Shown piece after piece: positions 1-13,470 of a stretch of DNA of 64,000 nt. Numbering within the stretch: position 1 is the first letter of the stretch; each line of letters starts with the position of its first letter. The notes under the pieces were generated by a model. It searched no databases. It saw only the letters and a program-made list of their open reading frames with translations, and was not told where the DNA came from. The DNA lies in NCBI GenBank assembly GCA_964016885.1, contig OZ024745.1:30008001-30072000 (forward strand), given 5' to 3'. The position numbers were made by a program, and so were the translations under genes. Source of the DNA: Eledone cirrhosa (lineage: Eukaryota).

Positions 1-197
1 TTTATAAATAAATATTGACATACCCTTAAAGAATGCAACCATTACTGTTGGAAGCTCCCGGATAGTGAGGTTATAAATTTATTTATACTATTATGTAAAT
101 TATTATTGGATATTTTTAAATGAGAGTAGATTTAAATAAGCCGTTGGTTTACTGAGAAAGAAAAAAAGAGAGAGAGATAAAAAAAAAAGAGAAGAAA

Positions 198-398
198 GAG
201 CAGGCTGACCCTGAGCAGATACAGAAGCTTAGGAATAGACAGGTAGTTCCTGAGTAAGAAGAAACCTTGATGGGGTTCGATAACAAGGCCAACCATCTTC
301 GATTGGAAGGTTGACTCGAAGGCCAGGTCTGTGATTGGGGCTCCTAAGGAGCACCAAGCCGACGGGGGAGGGACCGTGATGGAAGGGAAGGACTCAGC
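198..398 (-). mobile_element. CRE-clade-like non-LTR retrotransposon RT fragment
   Basis: Manual translation gives ...SLGAPITD...HQGFFLLRNYLSIPKLLYLLRVS, resembling the post-RT 'LGAPI...LLRN...PKLLYLLR' region of CRE elements. Confidence 0.55.
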
Positions 399-546
399 AA
401 TATATATATAAGCAATGAGTTATTTAATTTGTTGGTTATTCAACAAATTTAGTTTATATCAGATTAGAAGCACTCTCCAAATTTCTTCTGGAGTATAATA
501 TCAATAATATTAATAAATGGAGACTATCTTTATAAAACCATATTTA

Positions 547-605
547 TTTTATTATATATATTTCAAGGGTACCAACATTTTTTGGTACGTTCTCATCAGA
601 TAAAA
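547..605 (-). ncRNA. Minimal type I hammerhead ribozyme motif (Penelope-associated type)
   Basis: Minus strand reads ttttat-CTGATGA-stem II (gtaccaa/ttggtac)-GAAA-tatata-TA-ataaaa: complete core, 6-bp stem I and palindromic mini stem III. Confidence 0.7.
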
Positions 606-904
606 TACAAAAGTTGTTTTACAGATAGTGACATATTCAAAATTAGAACTTAACGTTTTGTGTTCTGTTTGAAATATATATAATTGTTTCTACATTTGGC
701 ACAAGGCCAGCAATTATCCCAGTGTATAACTAGTGCTTTATTTTATCGACCCCGTAAGGATGAAAGGCAATATATATAATAAAATAAATATGGTTTTATA
801 AAGATAGTTTCCATTTATTAATATTATTGATATATATATAAATGGTGAGTAATATTAAATATTACTCAGTTACAAGTATGAATATAGCTCAATGTAATAT
901 ATAA

Positions 905-1300
905 TTTGGGTGGTCTTCTGCTAGCATGTGTAGTGTGCATATTGATATCATGCAAATATACATGCATGTAGATATGATACATCAAATAAAATCGTAATTG
1001 ACAATATGCACAAAAATTGAAGAGGGACTATGTTACACTCTCTTCTGTAATCAGTAAAGTAATCCATTATATATTTAAAAAAAAACGATATTATATGTTG
1101 ATTGGCAGTATTGGTAGAGGGTCGGACATCATGCTTTGACACATAGAGTTACGGCCCTTTCCATTCTGAGTTCAAATCCTGCCAATGTTAACTTTGCCTT
1201 TCATCCTTACGGGGTCGGTAATATAAAGTACCAGCAATGCACTGAGTAATTGCTGGCCTTGGGCCTATTCAGGACACAATCCTGCACTCTTCCTTTATTA
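905..1300 (+). mobile_element. Non-autonomous Helentron-like element interrupted by a SINE (~1105-1265)
   Basis: Similar to 57027-57460 (ctgctagcatgtgtagtgtgcatattgata... and end aggacaca...cctttattata). Confidence 0.5.
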
Positions 1301-1439
1301 TATGATGATGATTGTATGCGTGTAAATATGCAGAGTTATCTGTCCTTTAGTGATGACGTTAACTAACTCACACTCGTCAAGAGAGTTATCTATCCTGTAT
1401 CCGTTTAAATGTTGTCTACATCATAAGTGAGAGACGTGT

Positions 1440-1493
1440 GACTTCCGTCTACGTTGCACTTACCATTCCATTCTTTTCTCTCCGGCACACGAT
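1440..1493 (+). promoter_or_regulatory. Putative Sec61-beta TSS/5'UTR with ETS-like ACTTCCG and pyrimidine tract
   Basis: acttccg at 1441-1447 and ttcttttctctcc just upstream of ATG|GT. Confidence 0.4.
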
Positions 1494-1496
1494 ATG
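1494..1496 (+). CDS. SEC61B: Sec61 translocon subunit beta, coding exon 1 (ATG only)
   Basis: ATG followed by donor gtaatg; exon 2 is phase 0 and lacks a Met; an ATG-only first coding exon matches the known SEC61B structure. Confidence 0.7.
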
Positions 1497-1724
1497 GTAA
1501 TGTCACACATTTTGTTAATATTAATTACTCTGCTTTTATTATTTATGTTAACAACACTTTCAATACTCTATTGTTGTGGTTTAATCTAGAGCCAGCGCTC
1601 CAAGATCTACTCTATAATTTGTAATATGTCCTGCTTTATTTAAGACAGTATGGTATGATTTGAAAGAGGTCTCGTTACTATTTCGATCAGGTTTAACTGC
1701 CTCTTAGAGATTACCTCGTCTTTA

Positions 1725-1772
<48 letters not shown>

Positions 1773-2318
1773 TCTCTATGTAAGTATTTATGTGTGAATG
1801 TTGTGTTACACCATCTCAATCTATAAACTACGGTATGTATCCAACAGTGATATGGTATCCCACAGAACACAACGGAGTATCAATTTACGGATAAACGTTA
1901 AGACAGTTTTGTATATAAAGTTATATATATACACCAAATCAGGGCGTGGTTTGTGGGAGATTTGGGTATTATTTCTAACATTTGTAACTGTCATTGACTC
2001 CACATAAAATAATAGTGAGATTTGACTGTTATTTCTACCAAGTTTAGATAACATATGGAAATTCCCCTGGCTTATGCATACAAATACACATAAAACAGTA
2101 GAGGGGAATCTGGTTGTTATTTCTAACAGATCTAGCGACCATGTAGTGGTCTCTTTTTTGGGCTCATACACACAAGACAGTAAGCTTCCATTTCTACGAT
2201 ATCACGCGACGACATAGACACGTTGGACCTAGCTAACCAACCTGTTTTGTTGTATTGTCTAAATACTCTGTGTCTGTCTGTATGTAGCAAGCTCTAACTA
2301 TATCTCTCTATCACTCTT

Positions 2319-2380
<62 letters not shown>

Positions 2381-2699
2381 CTCTCTATATATACACACCC
2401 ACTCATTTCAAATACGACACCCATACACGTATTTATAAATTCTCTCATGTATTTAAATTCACAAACTTGGCTAACTTCCACCCCTCTCTTTCTCTCTATC
2501 TCTTTAGATGTCTTTTTTCTCATCCGCTTTTATATTTATCACCCCTCCTCTCTCTCTGTAGGTTTGTAAATATATATTTAAAACGTTAATGTGTGTGAGT
2601 ATATAAAGTATGTTACTATTGACATGTGTTAATGGGCGTAAAGTATTCATGTGTGCGTATGAATTATTTTAATATTGATGCGTCTGATTCCTTTTATAA

Positions 2700-4110
2700 T
2701 CAGCTTTTCTCTTAGCTCATCCAATCCATGACTTGATCACGCATATTACCATTGCACATCCATTGGGGAATGTTCATTTCTTCCAGTCTTTATATATCCT
2801 CTACAGTCACTGTGCCCATGTCTCACTATCATACAGCATCGCACGTTGGCATCATACAGCTGGCCTTTCATTTGTAGAGAACCTTTTTATTTCCAATAAA
2901 GGTAGAAGCTCCCTAAACGTTTTCCGTCTTGCTCTTATTTTAGCTATTATGCTCTCGGTGCACCCTTCTCCATTGCGAATTAGATCACCTAGGTAGCAAA
3001 GACTATCAACTACTTCTGTGGATCCATCTTGATTTATTTTACTGATGCTTTTACTACTAACTATCCATGTCATCTGCTACATACAAAGTCTTCCTTTTAT
3101 GTTATTCTGTCTGCTATCCTACTACATCTTTTGTGTATCCAAAAATTACATTGTGTACATTGTATAGAGTTTCTGCCTACTTCATTTCTATATAGTGATT
3201 AAGGCCATTCCCTTGATGAGATCAGGGTTCTGTCTCCTTTCCTACTTACCAAAGCTTAGGTTTTTGCCAAGTTTACTCTAATCGGAATTTCTTCTCTAGT
3301 TCTTCCATAAATATCAGCATACAAAATTTCCCACGGAGAGCTAAAATAAGCAGAAGTGGCATTAGGACTAAACCCTAATGAACTCCTACATGTACTTTGA
3401 ATTCACCAAACTCTTTACCTAATCTTACTTTACTGACAGCTTCTCTGTTCATGGCTTGCACTGTTTTCACAAGCCATTCCACACCTAGTTTCCTTAAGGC
3501 TCACCAGATGACAGATTGTGGTACTCTGTCAAAGGCCTTCTCTAAATTAACAAAAGCTAGGTATAGCAGCTTACACTTAGCTAGGAACTTCTTTTGTAGT
3601 TGTCTAAGAAGAGGGCACCTGTAGTGCTCTTCCATGGCTCAAATTGAACTGTATTTTATCTAGTTTGAGTTTTTCCTAATTAGTTGTGCTAGAACTCTTT
3701 CTGTCACTTTCGTAACTTGATCAATCAGTTTTATGCTCCTTTTTAGTACATCACCTTTTCTCTTGTATCAATAAATAAGTATACTGTTGCATTAGTAATT
3801 GGGTATGACCTCATCCTGTATTACTTGATTGACTATGAGTAGTTCAGTTCCTATTTCCCCACACACTTTCAGCAACTCAATGACTATCTCTGACATTCCA
3901 ACAGTTTTGCCTATTTTCATCACCTTGATTACTTCTCTGACCCTATAACCGTGAATTTCAATAGCTGGTCCCATCTATTAAGTCAGCTGGGGTAGTCACT
4001 CTTCCTCTCATTCTCCACTCATCAGCCTCTCGTAGCATTTCCAGGCCTCTTTCTTTTGAGCATCAGGGATGCTAAGTGCACTGGTATCATTTCAGATGAT
4101 CATGCTGGTA
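2700..4110 (-). mobile_element. Degraded RTE-clade LINE RT fragment
   Basis: Broken ORFs (VVDSLCYLGDLI...RKTFRELLPLL; KVMKIGKTVGMSEIVIELLK) homologous to the ORF at 6780-8441. Confidence 0.85.
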
Positions 4111-4967
4111 CTATGATGAAAAATCACCTGGTCCATACCGTCTGATGGTCATTTTAATGCCATGATAAAAAGCACTTAGTCTATGCTGTAATGTGGTTGG
4201 TGTAATCTTCATCATCTTAAACCATTTACGGTCATGGAGGGCAAATTTCTCGGACATGCCTCCAGAGGTTCCTATCAAGCAAATGTCTCTAATTGATCCA
4301 ACTGGATCTCCAAGCGAGACCAACTGAGCTCATGGATCTTCTTCATCATGCTTGTGGTCTACCTCTTGGTCTCTTGTTGGTTTTGCTCATAAAATATGTC
4401 CAATGGGATTACAGCTCTAATAATAAAATCGTAATCTACATATTCAAAAACATATCTCTTGCAAAATTCCATTTCAAAATATACATTATAAGAAAGTTAT
4501 GCGGAAAAAAGTCCGTATGAGCAGATGTGCGGGGGGTGGGTGGGTGGCACTTTATTTGTAGTTATTGTCTGACCACCTTACAAGTACTGTCCAACATTCA
4601 CATCAGATCCCAATGGTTGTCCCTTTTGATAACCAACCCGTCTATAAACCACTTTTGCTTCTACAATACAAAACTGTGTATTCTAAGTGTTTATATTTAT
4701 CTAAAAAGCTTGTGTCATATTTTTATGTACAAAACATGTTTATACTTATCTAAAAACAATCCATCATAATTTTATTTAAGGGCCTTTTTTCTATTTTCTA
4801 TTCCAAATACAAAATTTTGTTTTAAAGTGTTTATAGTTATCTAAAAACCGTTCCTCATAATTTTGTGTAAAGACCTTTTTTAAAGTGTTTGTAAAAACGT
4901 TCCTTCATGATTTTATGTAAGAATCCTTTAAGTTATGTTCAAAACACCAACTTAATAATGAGAAATC

Positions 4968-5395
4968 TCATCATCATCATCACCATTTTACGTCTGCTTT
5001 TCCCTTCTTGCAAGGGTGGGATGGGTCCTATTCAGCACAGCATCTCTCTACTTGTCACGGTCCTTCGTCATCTCCACCATGAAGTCTGCTCTCACCATCT
5101 CCGCCCATGTTCTTCGTGGTCTACCTCTACTACATCTTCCTTCAACTGGCATTTCTTGGCACTTCTTCACCCATCGGTCATCCTCCATGCGCATCACATG
5201 TCCATACCATCGCAGTCTCCCGCACACAACAATCTATCCCTCTCAGACACGGTTGTTCACGCACATTGACATTGCACATCCAACGGAGCATGTTTGCCTC
5301 ATTTCTCTCTAGCCGTCGCATATCCTCTGCAGTTGCTGCCCGTGTCTCACTACCATGCAGCATCACACTCCTCACACAGGCATCATATAACCGGC
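4968..5395 (-). mobile_element. RTE LINE 3' fragment
   Basis: MLHGSET...RRLERNEANMLRWMCN motif with an (ATG)n tail. Confidence 0.85.
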
Positions 5396-5969
5396 AATAA
5401 TCTTTTTAATTAATTTAAACACATTGGCGTTGTATTTCATTAGAAATATGGAAACAAAAGGGTTAATCATATATATCATAAGTATATGAAAGCATATACG
5501 GTATGTTTATGTGTATAATAAACATATGAGAGTCTCACTATTATCTCAGTAGCTGGTGAAAATGTCAGACAGTTGTTTCTAGATCCTTCATCTGTGACAT
5601 TTACTCACCCACTACTGAGGTAAGAATAGGTTAAGCCCATATGGTATTTTATACATGAAATATCAGATGGAGATGCTTATACTGTTACCCTCTTATACCT
5701 CTAAGTTTGTATATTGAACATCTTTTTATAGTTTATCATTATTGGTTCTCTCAAGTGAAGGCATGTGGCCTGGTGGTTAGTGTGTTGGACTCAACATAAT
5801 GTCATAGGTTCAGTTCCTGGACTGGGTGACATTGTGTTCTTGAGCGAGCTATTTCATTTCATGTTGCTTTTCATGGTAGAACTAAAGCACCTATCATTAA
5901 AACATGAGAAACCTTCCTATGAGGCCTACATAACTGTGAGCTGTAAGTCTTTTTTTTTTTTACATTTAG

Positions 5970-6064
5970 GCTATTTCTTCAAGTTCTACAAATGTTGGTG
6001 CAGGTCGTGGCCCAAGCTCCAAATCTGTTGCTCCCCGAACCAGTGGCAGTAGTGTCCGACAAAG
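5970..6064 (+). CDS. SEC61B: Sec61-beta exon 2
   Basis: polyT-ag|AISSSSTNVGAGRGPSSKSVAPRTSGSSVRQ(R)|gtatgt; resembles the SEC61B N-terminus (TNVG...VRQRK). Confidence 0.92.
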
Positions 6065-6161
6065 GTATGTTTCAATGGAAATTTTTTTTCTAACACCTCT
6101 CTACCCACCTTCCTTTCATGCCACATCATGTCTTATGGTTGGCAAATATGTGGACATTTAT

Positions 6162-6206
<45 letters not shown>

Positions 6207-6272
6207 TTCATTAGAAATATGGAAACAAAAAAGTTAATCATATATATGTGTGTGTGTGTGTGTATATATATT

Positions 6273-8536
6273 CATCATCATCATCAGGTTTAGCGTCCAT
6301 GTTCCACGCTTGCATGGGTTTGGACGGGGGTTTTCCCACTTGAGGCAAGAGTGGTTGTCTTGCTCGCATAGGACTGTCTGGCGGGTTTTCTACAGTTGGA
6401 TGCCCTTCCTAACACCAACCACATTTACAGTGTGGGGCTGGGAGGTTTTTACCGTGTTGCCTACACGGCCACATTACAGCGTGGACTGTCTGGCGGGTTT
6501 TCTACAGCTGGATGCCCTTCCTAACACCAACCACATTTACAATGTGGGGCTGGGAGGTTTTTACTGTGTTGCCTACACGGCCACATTTACAGCGTGGACT
6601 GTGTTTTTTTGTCGTGACACCTACATGATCTCATTTGTTTCGGCCTGGATGTTGTGGGACCAACATAACTTTACATTGAAAGGGGCGGTGTGGATGGGGT
6701 GGAGGTGGTGGGACGGGGGGGGGGGGGTGTGTGTTTTGATAGAGATGCCTACTGACTGTAGTAGGTTTTTACTTTGTATTTAGGTAAGGCGGGTCTTCTC
6801 TATTACTGAGTACCGCCAAAGGTCTCGGTCCAGTGACATTGTCTTGGAGAGGTGTAAGCGTGTGAGGTCGGAATTTATCAGCTCGTCCCATGTTTTTCTG
6901 GGTCTGCCTACTCCGTGGCTACCGTCTATCTTTATTGCCCTGCACTTTGTTATACAGCTGTCGTCTTTCATGCGCATCACGTGACCGTACCAACGTAGCC
7001 TTCTCTCGAGTAAACAACATCTGATCCCTCTTATTTCTAATTTTTTCCTTAGTTCGTTTATTCTTTGCCGTTCACGTATATTACTATTGCACATCCAGCG
7101 GAGCATGCAAGCTTCGTTCCTCTCTAGTCTGCGTATATCCTCTGCACACAATGCCCAGGTCTCACTGCCATGCAGCATTGCTGTTCGTATGCAGGCATCG
7201 TATAACGTGCCTTTCATTTTTAGGGAGAACCCTCTAGCGGCTAATAGTGGTATAAGCTCTCTGAACTTTTTCCATCCAGTTCTGACTCTAGCTACTGTAC
7301 TTTCAGAGCACCCTCCCCCACTGCTGATTTTGTCACCCAGGTAACGGAAGCTGTCCACTATTTCTATAGAACCCTCTGCGCAGTTGAAGGAGCTAGTATT
7401 TTGTGGGCACTTGCTGCTACTTATTGCACCAGAGCACCGGCCACATGTAAAATCTATGTTCTTAGTTAGCTTACCTGTGATCCCACTACATCTTTTATGC
7501 ACCCATACTTTGCATTTGGGACATAAAATGGAGTTTCTACCTACGCCTTTCCTACACACTGAGCATGGCCATTTCCCAGATGGGACTGCCGCCTTATTTT
7601 CTTTCCTACAAACTAGAACTTTAGTCTTAGCCAGGTTAATTTTAAGGCCTTTTGATTCTAGGCCGTGCTTCCATGTTTGGAATTTCTTCTCTAGTTCGGT
7701 CATTGATTCAGCTATGAGCGTTAGATCATCTGCGTATAGGAGTTCCCATGGGCAGCCGGTCTTGAACTCCTCTGTTATAGCCTGAAGGGCAATAATAAAT
7801 AGTAGGGGGCTAAGAACAGAGCCCTGATGGACACCAACTTTTACGCTAAACTCTTCACTATATTCGTTGTTAATTCTAACCTTATTGACTGTTTCTTTAT
7901 ACATGGCTTGTATAGCTCTCACAAGCCATTCGTCAACACCTAGTTTTCTAAGAGACCACCAGATAATGGAACGGCGGACTCTGTCGAAGGCTTTCTCCAA
8001 GTCAACGAAAGCTAAGTATAGGGGTTTACTTTTAGCTAGGTACTTCTCCTGTAGTTGTCGTACAATGAAAAGAGCGTCTGTGGTACTTTTGCCTGACACA
8101 AATCCGAACTGCATTTCATCTAGATCAATTCTCTCTCTGATTAGTTGCGCTATTACTTTTTCCGTGACCTTCATGACCTGGTCGATTAATTTAATGCCTC
8201 TATAGTTACTCCTATCTAGGGCATCTCCTTTTCCCTTATAGCAGTTAACGATGATGCTGCTACGCCAGTCCTTCGGAACAACCCCATTCTGTACGACTTG
8301 GTTAACTATCCGGGTGACCATGGTGTGTCCCACCGAACCAGATGCCTTCAGCATCTCAGCAACTATTTCCGAAGGACCAGCCGCCTTACCCGTCTTCATA
8401 TCTTTGATTGCCTTGCTTATTGTACTACCCTGGACTAACACTGCTGGTCCCTCTATTGGGTCGATGTGGGGGAGACTGTCTTTCTCCCATTTGTTCTCCT
8501 CATTTAGAAGCCTTTCGTAGTGACACTTCCAAGCTA
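6273..8536 (-). mobile_element. 5'-truncated RTE-clade LINE, antisense in Sec61-beta intron 2
   Basis: RT ORF plus 3'UTR with a ~110-bp tandem duplication (6371-6600) and an (ATG)n tail. Confidence 0.93.
6780..8441 (-). CDS. RTE LINE reverse transcriptase (partial, uninterrupted 553 aa) with PHD-like Cys/His finger
   Basis: Motifs FVDLEKAFD, GVHQGSVLSP and LYADD; finger CSVC...CPKC...HKRC...CGRC. Confidence 0.93.
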   Translation of the reverse strand: MLVQGSTISKAIKDMKTGKAAGPSEIVAEMLKASGSVGHTMVTRIVNQVVQNGVVPKDWRSSIIVNCYKGKGDALDRSNYRGIKLIDQVMKVTEKVIAQLIRERIDLDEMQFGFVSGKSTTDALFIVRQLQEKYLAKSKPLYLAFVDLEKAFDRVRRSIIWWSLRKLGVDEWLVRAIQAMYKETVNKVRINNEYSEEFSVKVGVHQGSVLSPLLFIIALQAITEEFKTGCPWELLYADDLTLIAESMTELEKKFQTWKHGLESKGLKINLAKTKVLVCRKENKAAVPSGKWPCSVCRKGVGRNSILCPKCKVWVHKRCSGITGKLTKNIDFTCGRCSGAISSSKCPQNTSSFNCAEGSIEIVDSFRYLGDKISSGGGCSESTVARVRTGWKKFRELIPLLAARGFSLKMKGTLYDACIRTAMLHGSETWALCAEDIRRLERNEACMLRWMCNSNIRERQRINELRKKLEIRGIRCCLLERRLRWYGHVMRMKDDSCITKCRAIKIDGSHGVGRPRKTWDELINSDLTRLHLSKTMSLDRDLWRYSVIEKTRLT

Positions 8537-10211
8537 CATTATCGTTTATCCATATATTTTTTATACACAGTGCCTCGTTAGCAAAACATTGGCAAATGCT
8601 TCCCCAGGGACCACCACATGGAGGTGGATGTTGGCTTGGACCCCTTCAGGTCTTTTAATGTAGATTAATATCCTATTTTATTGTTTTTACTTCCTTTTAC
8701 TGTCTTTATATGAAGAATGCTCCATAAGATTAAGTTAGGAACATTATCTGAGTAGATTGTACTACAGGGACAACTGTATGGAGGTAAAGTTGGCTTGGTC
8801 CCCTTTGGCCATCCTTTATATAGAAACTGTGATTATCATTCACAATCGAGTATGACTTGGTGTTATGTACTATGCTTTTGCTAAATCTTTTTAGGTGTGA
8901 AGGCACCTGGCCTGAAGAAAAGCTAAATACAAGAGGTTTTCCAATGTTCTGTGATATGAGGATCAGTGAAGAGAGGGGCTCTTGCTTGCAAAACTGTTCA
9001 TATCAGCAGTTTGATACCTCTTAAACCCAGCTTTCTGAGCTCATTTGTGCTTCAATGTTCAGTCACTGTTACACGTCCAGTAGATTATACCTCATTCAAT
9101 GCCCATGTCTTGCTATCATGCAACATCACACTTTGTACACAACCATCCTACAATCTACTCTTCACCTTGAGAGACTAACCTTTGATTATGTGAAGGGCTA
9201 CATAGTGTGTACCTTACTTCACTAGGTATTTACTGTATTTTAGATATCCCTGATTGTGCTGCTGCTTTCCATGTCTTTAATTGTGTTATCAGTAGAGTGG
9301 ATATGTAGGGGCTGAGTGGGCATACAGTTGTCTATAGTATAGGGGTTATGTATGGATTATATATTATTGCAGTTATATAGACCCATGCTAGTGTGGAAGA
9401 TGGACGTTAAACGATGATGATGATGATAACAGTGGCTACACATCACTGTTTAATGTCTATTTTCCATGCTTGCATGAATTTGACAGCTATCATGTGCTGA
9501 GGCCTGATTGGTTAAGGGATCATGTATTGCTTGTAGTTCCATTTTTGGATTAGTTTCTATGGTTGAATGTCCTTAACACTAACCACTGGCAGTATTGGTA
9601 GAGGGTTGGACGCCATGCTTTCTAGCATAGTTACGTCCCTTTACAGTCTGGGTTCAAATCTCGCCGAGGTTAACTTTGCCTTTCATCCTTACGGGGTCGA
9701 TAAAATAAAGTACCAGTAATGTACTGGGTAATTGCTGGCCTTGTGCCTAAAGTAGAAACAAGTATGTACTGTAGGCATAGTTTTTATAGCTGGATGCCCT
9801 TCCTAACATCAACCACCTTACAGTGTCTACTGGCAACATTTTGTTGACTCTGGCGCTATCACCTTATAGTGCAGACTGGGTGCTTTTCATTGTGACACCA
9901 GCACTACCACATAACAGAGGGCTGTGTACATTTTTGTTGTGAAACCATCACTGGGGAGACATTACTAGGAGTGGAGGGGTTGGTCATACCTTTGTGGAAG
10001 CATTGGGTTATGGAGGTGACCTTGGGAAGAGTAAGTTGCATCTAGCAGTATATTGGGAGGCATGCCTGACTTTCCATGCTGGCATAGGTTGGACCAGGGT
10101 GTAGTTCTTTCTTTCATATTGACATAAGTTGTGCAGGGAGCATGAATTAGGGATGAAGTAGGGTAGGTGCTTTTTTTTTTGTTTAACTATTATTATTGTT
10201 TATTATTACAG

Positions 10212-10313
10212 AAAAACCACAACAACTACAGCAAAAAGATCTGCAACACCAGCTGGAGGTGGTGGTGCTGGTATGTGGCGGTTTTACACTGAAGATTCAC
10301 CTGGAATTAAAGT
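10212..10313 (+). CDS. SEC61B: Sec61-beta exon 3
   Basis: cag|(R)KTTTTTAKRSATPAGGGGAGMWRFYTEDSPGIK(V)|gtaagt; MWRFYTEDSPG is the family signature. Confidence 0.96.
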
Positions 10314-10585
10314 GTAAGTAATAACTTGATTTCATCAAAATATGTTGACCAAAACTGGCCTCCCATTTTAATGGTCAAATCTTGAATTGTTGCCCACTGA
10401 ATTAGGACTACAGGGTTTTCTTTCTTTCCATTATGGAAATGTTTCTATAGCAAATAATCGATATTACATGTTTCTCCTCTCATGCTACATTTTCTTGGTT
10501 AATTAAATCAAGTTTAAGTTTTTATGTGATATGAGCTCAGTATTATGGTCCCACTTTAGTTACAAATATAGTAGTGTCTGGTTAT

Positions 10586-10677
<92 letters not shown>

Positions 10678-10694
10678 GCTGATGAAGAAGATAG

Positions 10695-10952
<258 letters not shown>

Positions 10953-11110
10953 GGAACAACTCAATAGACCACAACACATCCAATCACTTTTTTTCTCAGG
11001 CAACTGGTGAATTACATTTAACATCTATATATATATATATGTCCATTCAATACTATTTCTCCTTCCTTCTTTAATTTTTATTTTTGCAAGATTGAGAGCA
11101 GAGGGAATGA

Positions 11111-11176
11111 AATAAATAAGTGGAAATATTTCTCAAAGGCCCTAACAGTTTAGGTACCACAGAAAAAAAAAATAAA
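11111..11176 (+). terminator. Candidate poly(A) signals of Sec61-beta
   Basis: AATAAA at 11111-11116 and 11171-11176. Confidence 0.5.
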
Positions 11177-11697
11177 GAAACTGATTTGAGTATGAGTTTT
11201 CATGTTATTTATTATTATCAATATTAATATTGTTTCAGTACATTGCTGTGAGATCTGCGATAATCACTAGGCAACTTTTCATGCTGCTGATAATAGCTGG
11301 AATAAACAAGAGAATTAGTATATGATATTGAGATATACAACATAAGATTATTGATGGGAAATGAAGCACTATCTTTTAAAGCATCCAAAACTACAAAGAC
11401 GCTCACTAGACAACTGAGTGGGAATTCTCCATTTTAAGGTCTGCTTTCCCTGTTAGCTGGGTATCTGTGTCTCATGTTCCACCAAGTGCACAGGAGAGGG
11501 GATCATGTGCTTTGGTAATCCATCTGAATATCGATCTCTGACGCTTTAGGTAATGTCTCTACACTCACACTGTCTATGGTGTTGCTGTTCCATGCATGGT
11601 TGAATGCACCCTTCCACATCTAAGAATTGGGTTTATTACAGATACGACCTAACTTTTGAGTTCCTTATTGGTCAGACATATATACACGTAGTTGTTA

Positions 11698-11716
11698 CTA
11701 ATTCAGCCTAGTATGG
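11698..11716 (-). CDS. Candidate terminal coding exon of unknown minus-strand gene
   Basis: tag|(D)HTRLN* is in phase with exon 11823-11915; other acceptors are possible. Confidence 0.3.
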
Positions 11717-11822
11717 CTATACAATTATTCATGTTAATACAACTTAAAAATTATAAGAAAGATATGACTTATGGTCAAGTTCCATTGAAAATATATAATA
11801 TATATAAAAAAAGAATACTCAC

Positions 11823-11915
11823 TCGCAGTTGTACATCAGCTTCCTGTCGTCAGGAAACCACTCTGGTCTGCCATGCTTTACCACTGGATGCAGTGGAGGT
11901 TTTTCAATATCATCA
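11823..11915 (-). CDS. Exon of unknown minus-strand gene
   Basis: tttctag|DDIEKPPLHPVVKHGRPEWFPDDRKLMYNC|gtgagt, 93 nt, phase 2-2; the linking exon from 16778 (phase 0) was not found. Confidence 0.6.
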
Positions 11916-13094
11916 CTAGAAATTAAATCAAATTTGTATTGTTTTACTGACAGATTTTCTTATTTTATTTTTATACTGCTTAAAACCCTTGAGATCAAAC
12001 TGCTCCTGATTCTCTGACACAAATTTCATTGGATAAAATGCTTTGTAGCATTTAGTTATAGGCCATTACAGTCAAATGTTCAAATCCCACCTAGGTTAAC
12101 TTTACCTTTCCTCCTTCTGGGGTCTGTTTAATAAAGCATCAGTAAAGTACTGGAGTCGATTTAATCAGCTTTGGGCTTATGTTTGAAACAATTGATATAA
12201 AAACGTTCCACCATAATTTTGTGTAAGAACATGTTCCAAACACCATAACACTGCCTGAAACTACCCCTGGTTCTGTGAACTATGAGAATCATTATTTCTA
12301 CATTTACTTTTCCATGCTGGCATATGTTGGATGGGACCTTTTGAAGCAATGTCTTACAGCTGGATGCTTTTAACACTAACCCTTTTAGTCACTTCTTATG
12401 TGCAGGGATATGGTGAACTTATTCTAAACTGGTTTCATCATAATCTCATAAGAACCTTTTGATACAAAACCAACAGAAAACACCCCAAGTTCTATGATAC
12501 TAAGCTGCTTATCTTTATCTAAAAGCCTTCTGTCATAATTATATGTAAAAAGTCTATATTTATCTAAGATCTTTCCATCATAAATGTAAGCACCTTTAAG
12601 TTATGTTCTAAACACTAACTTAATATTGAGGTTATTAAATCCTCCAGATTACTGATTTTCAACATGGCAATGTTAGGGAAAGGCAGTCAGTGTCCAGGAC
12701 CTCCAAGATACTTGGACAGGAAGGAAGAAGTATGTCTTTATTGTTTGCAACAGTGTACACTTTGCTAAAGGCACTCATTGGCCAGGTGGTGGTGTTAAAC
12801 CAGCTAAAGAGAGATAAATATGTTTATCCAGTCAATATTTACACTCTGTATATCCCTGTGTCCATCTGGTCAATGGACACGAGAAAGCCCTGAAATGGCA
12901 CCTAAATAAAAATGGTTAGTGGTTGTCAAACAAGAAATCCTTCAATGTTACCCACCTCTGTATATGATAAGGATGAAACTTGGCTGGAATTCTCAGCTGA
13001 AAAATATTAAATGTAATTTTCAATATTAATATATATGTAATATTGTATCAATGTATCTTATTTTCATGTTTCGATATTTTATTGATATTGTGAC

Positions 13095-13470
13095 TAAAAA
13101 CTCAATAAGATAAGTCAACATTGGGTAGATGTGGGATCTGTAAGACATGCAGAACACAGTCTGTCTAGGAGGGCTGTGACTCCAAATAAAATAAGACTGC
13201 ATGGGACAGATATGGGCTCCATAAGCCATAGAGAAAGTAGCCCTTCTAGGAGGGCAGTGGCTCTGAATGAAATACTCCATGGGGTCTATAAGCTGAAATG
13301 TAGGCAACCCATCTTGAAGAGCACTCACTCTGAATAAAACTAAGTTGTGAAGGCAACTCATCTAGGAGCGCAGTGACACCCATTAAAAACAACTGCATGG
13401 GGCAGACCTGGACTTCATAAACTATAATGAAGGCAGCCCATCTAGGAGAGAAGGCACTAAATAAAAAGTG
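13095..13470. repeat. Degenerate ~60-80-bp tandem repeat, about 5 units
   Basis: Recurrent ...catggg...ataag...ctaggagggcagtg.ctc..aataaaa units. Confidence 0.6.

Noticed and set aside
5431-6247. ~45-bp direct repeat flanking Sec61-beta exon 2 as a TSD
   Set aside because: Too long and diverged for a TSD, and it encloses a host exon; likely a small local duplication.
13095-13470. CRISPR-like repeat-spacer array
   Set aside because: Degenerate minisatellite without identical repeats or unique spacers; eukaryotic context and no cas genes.
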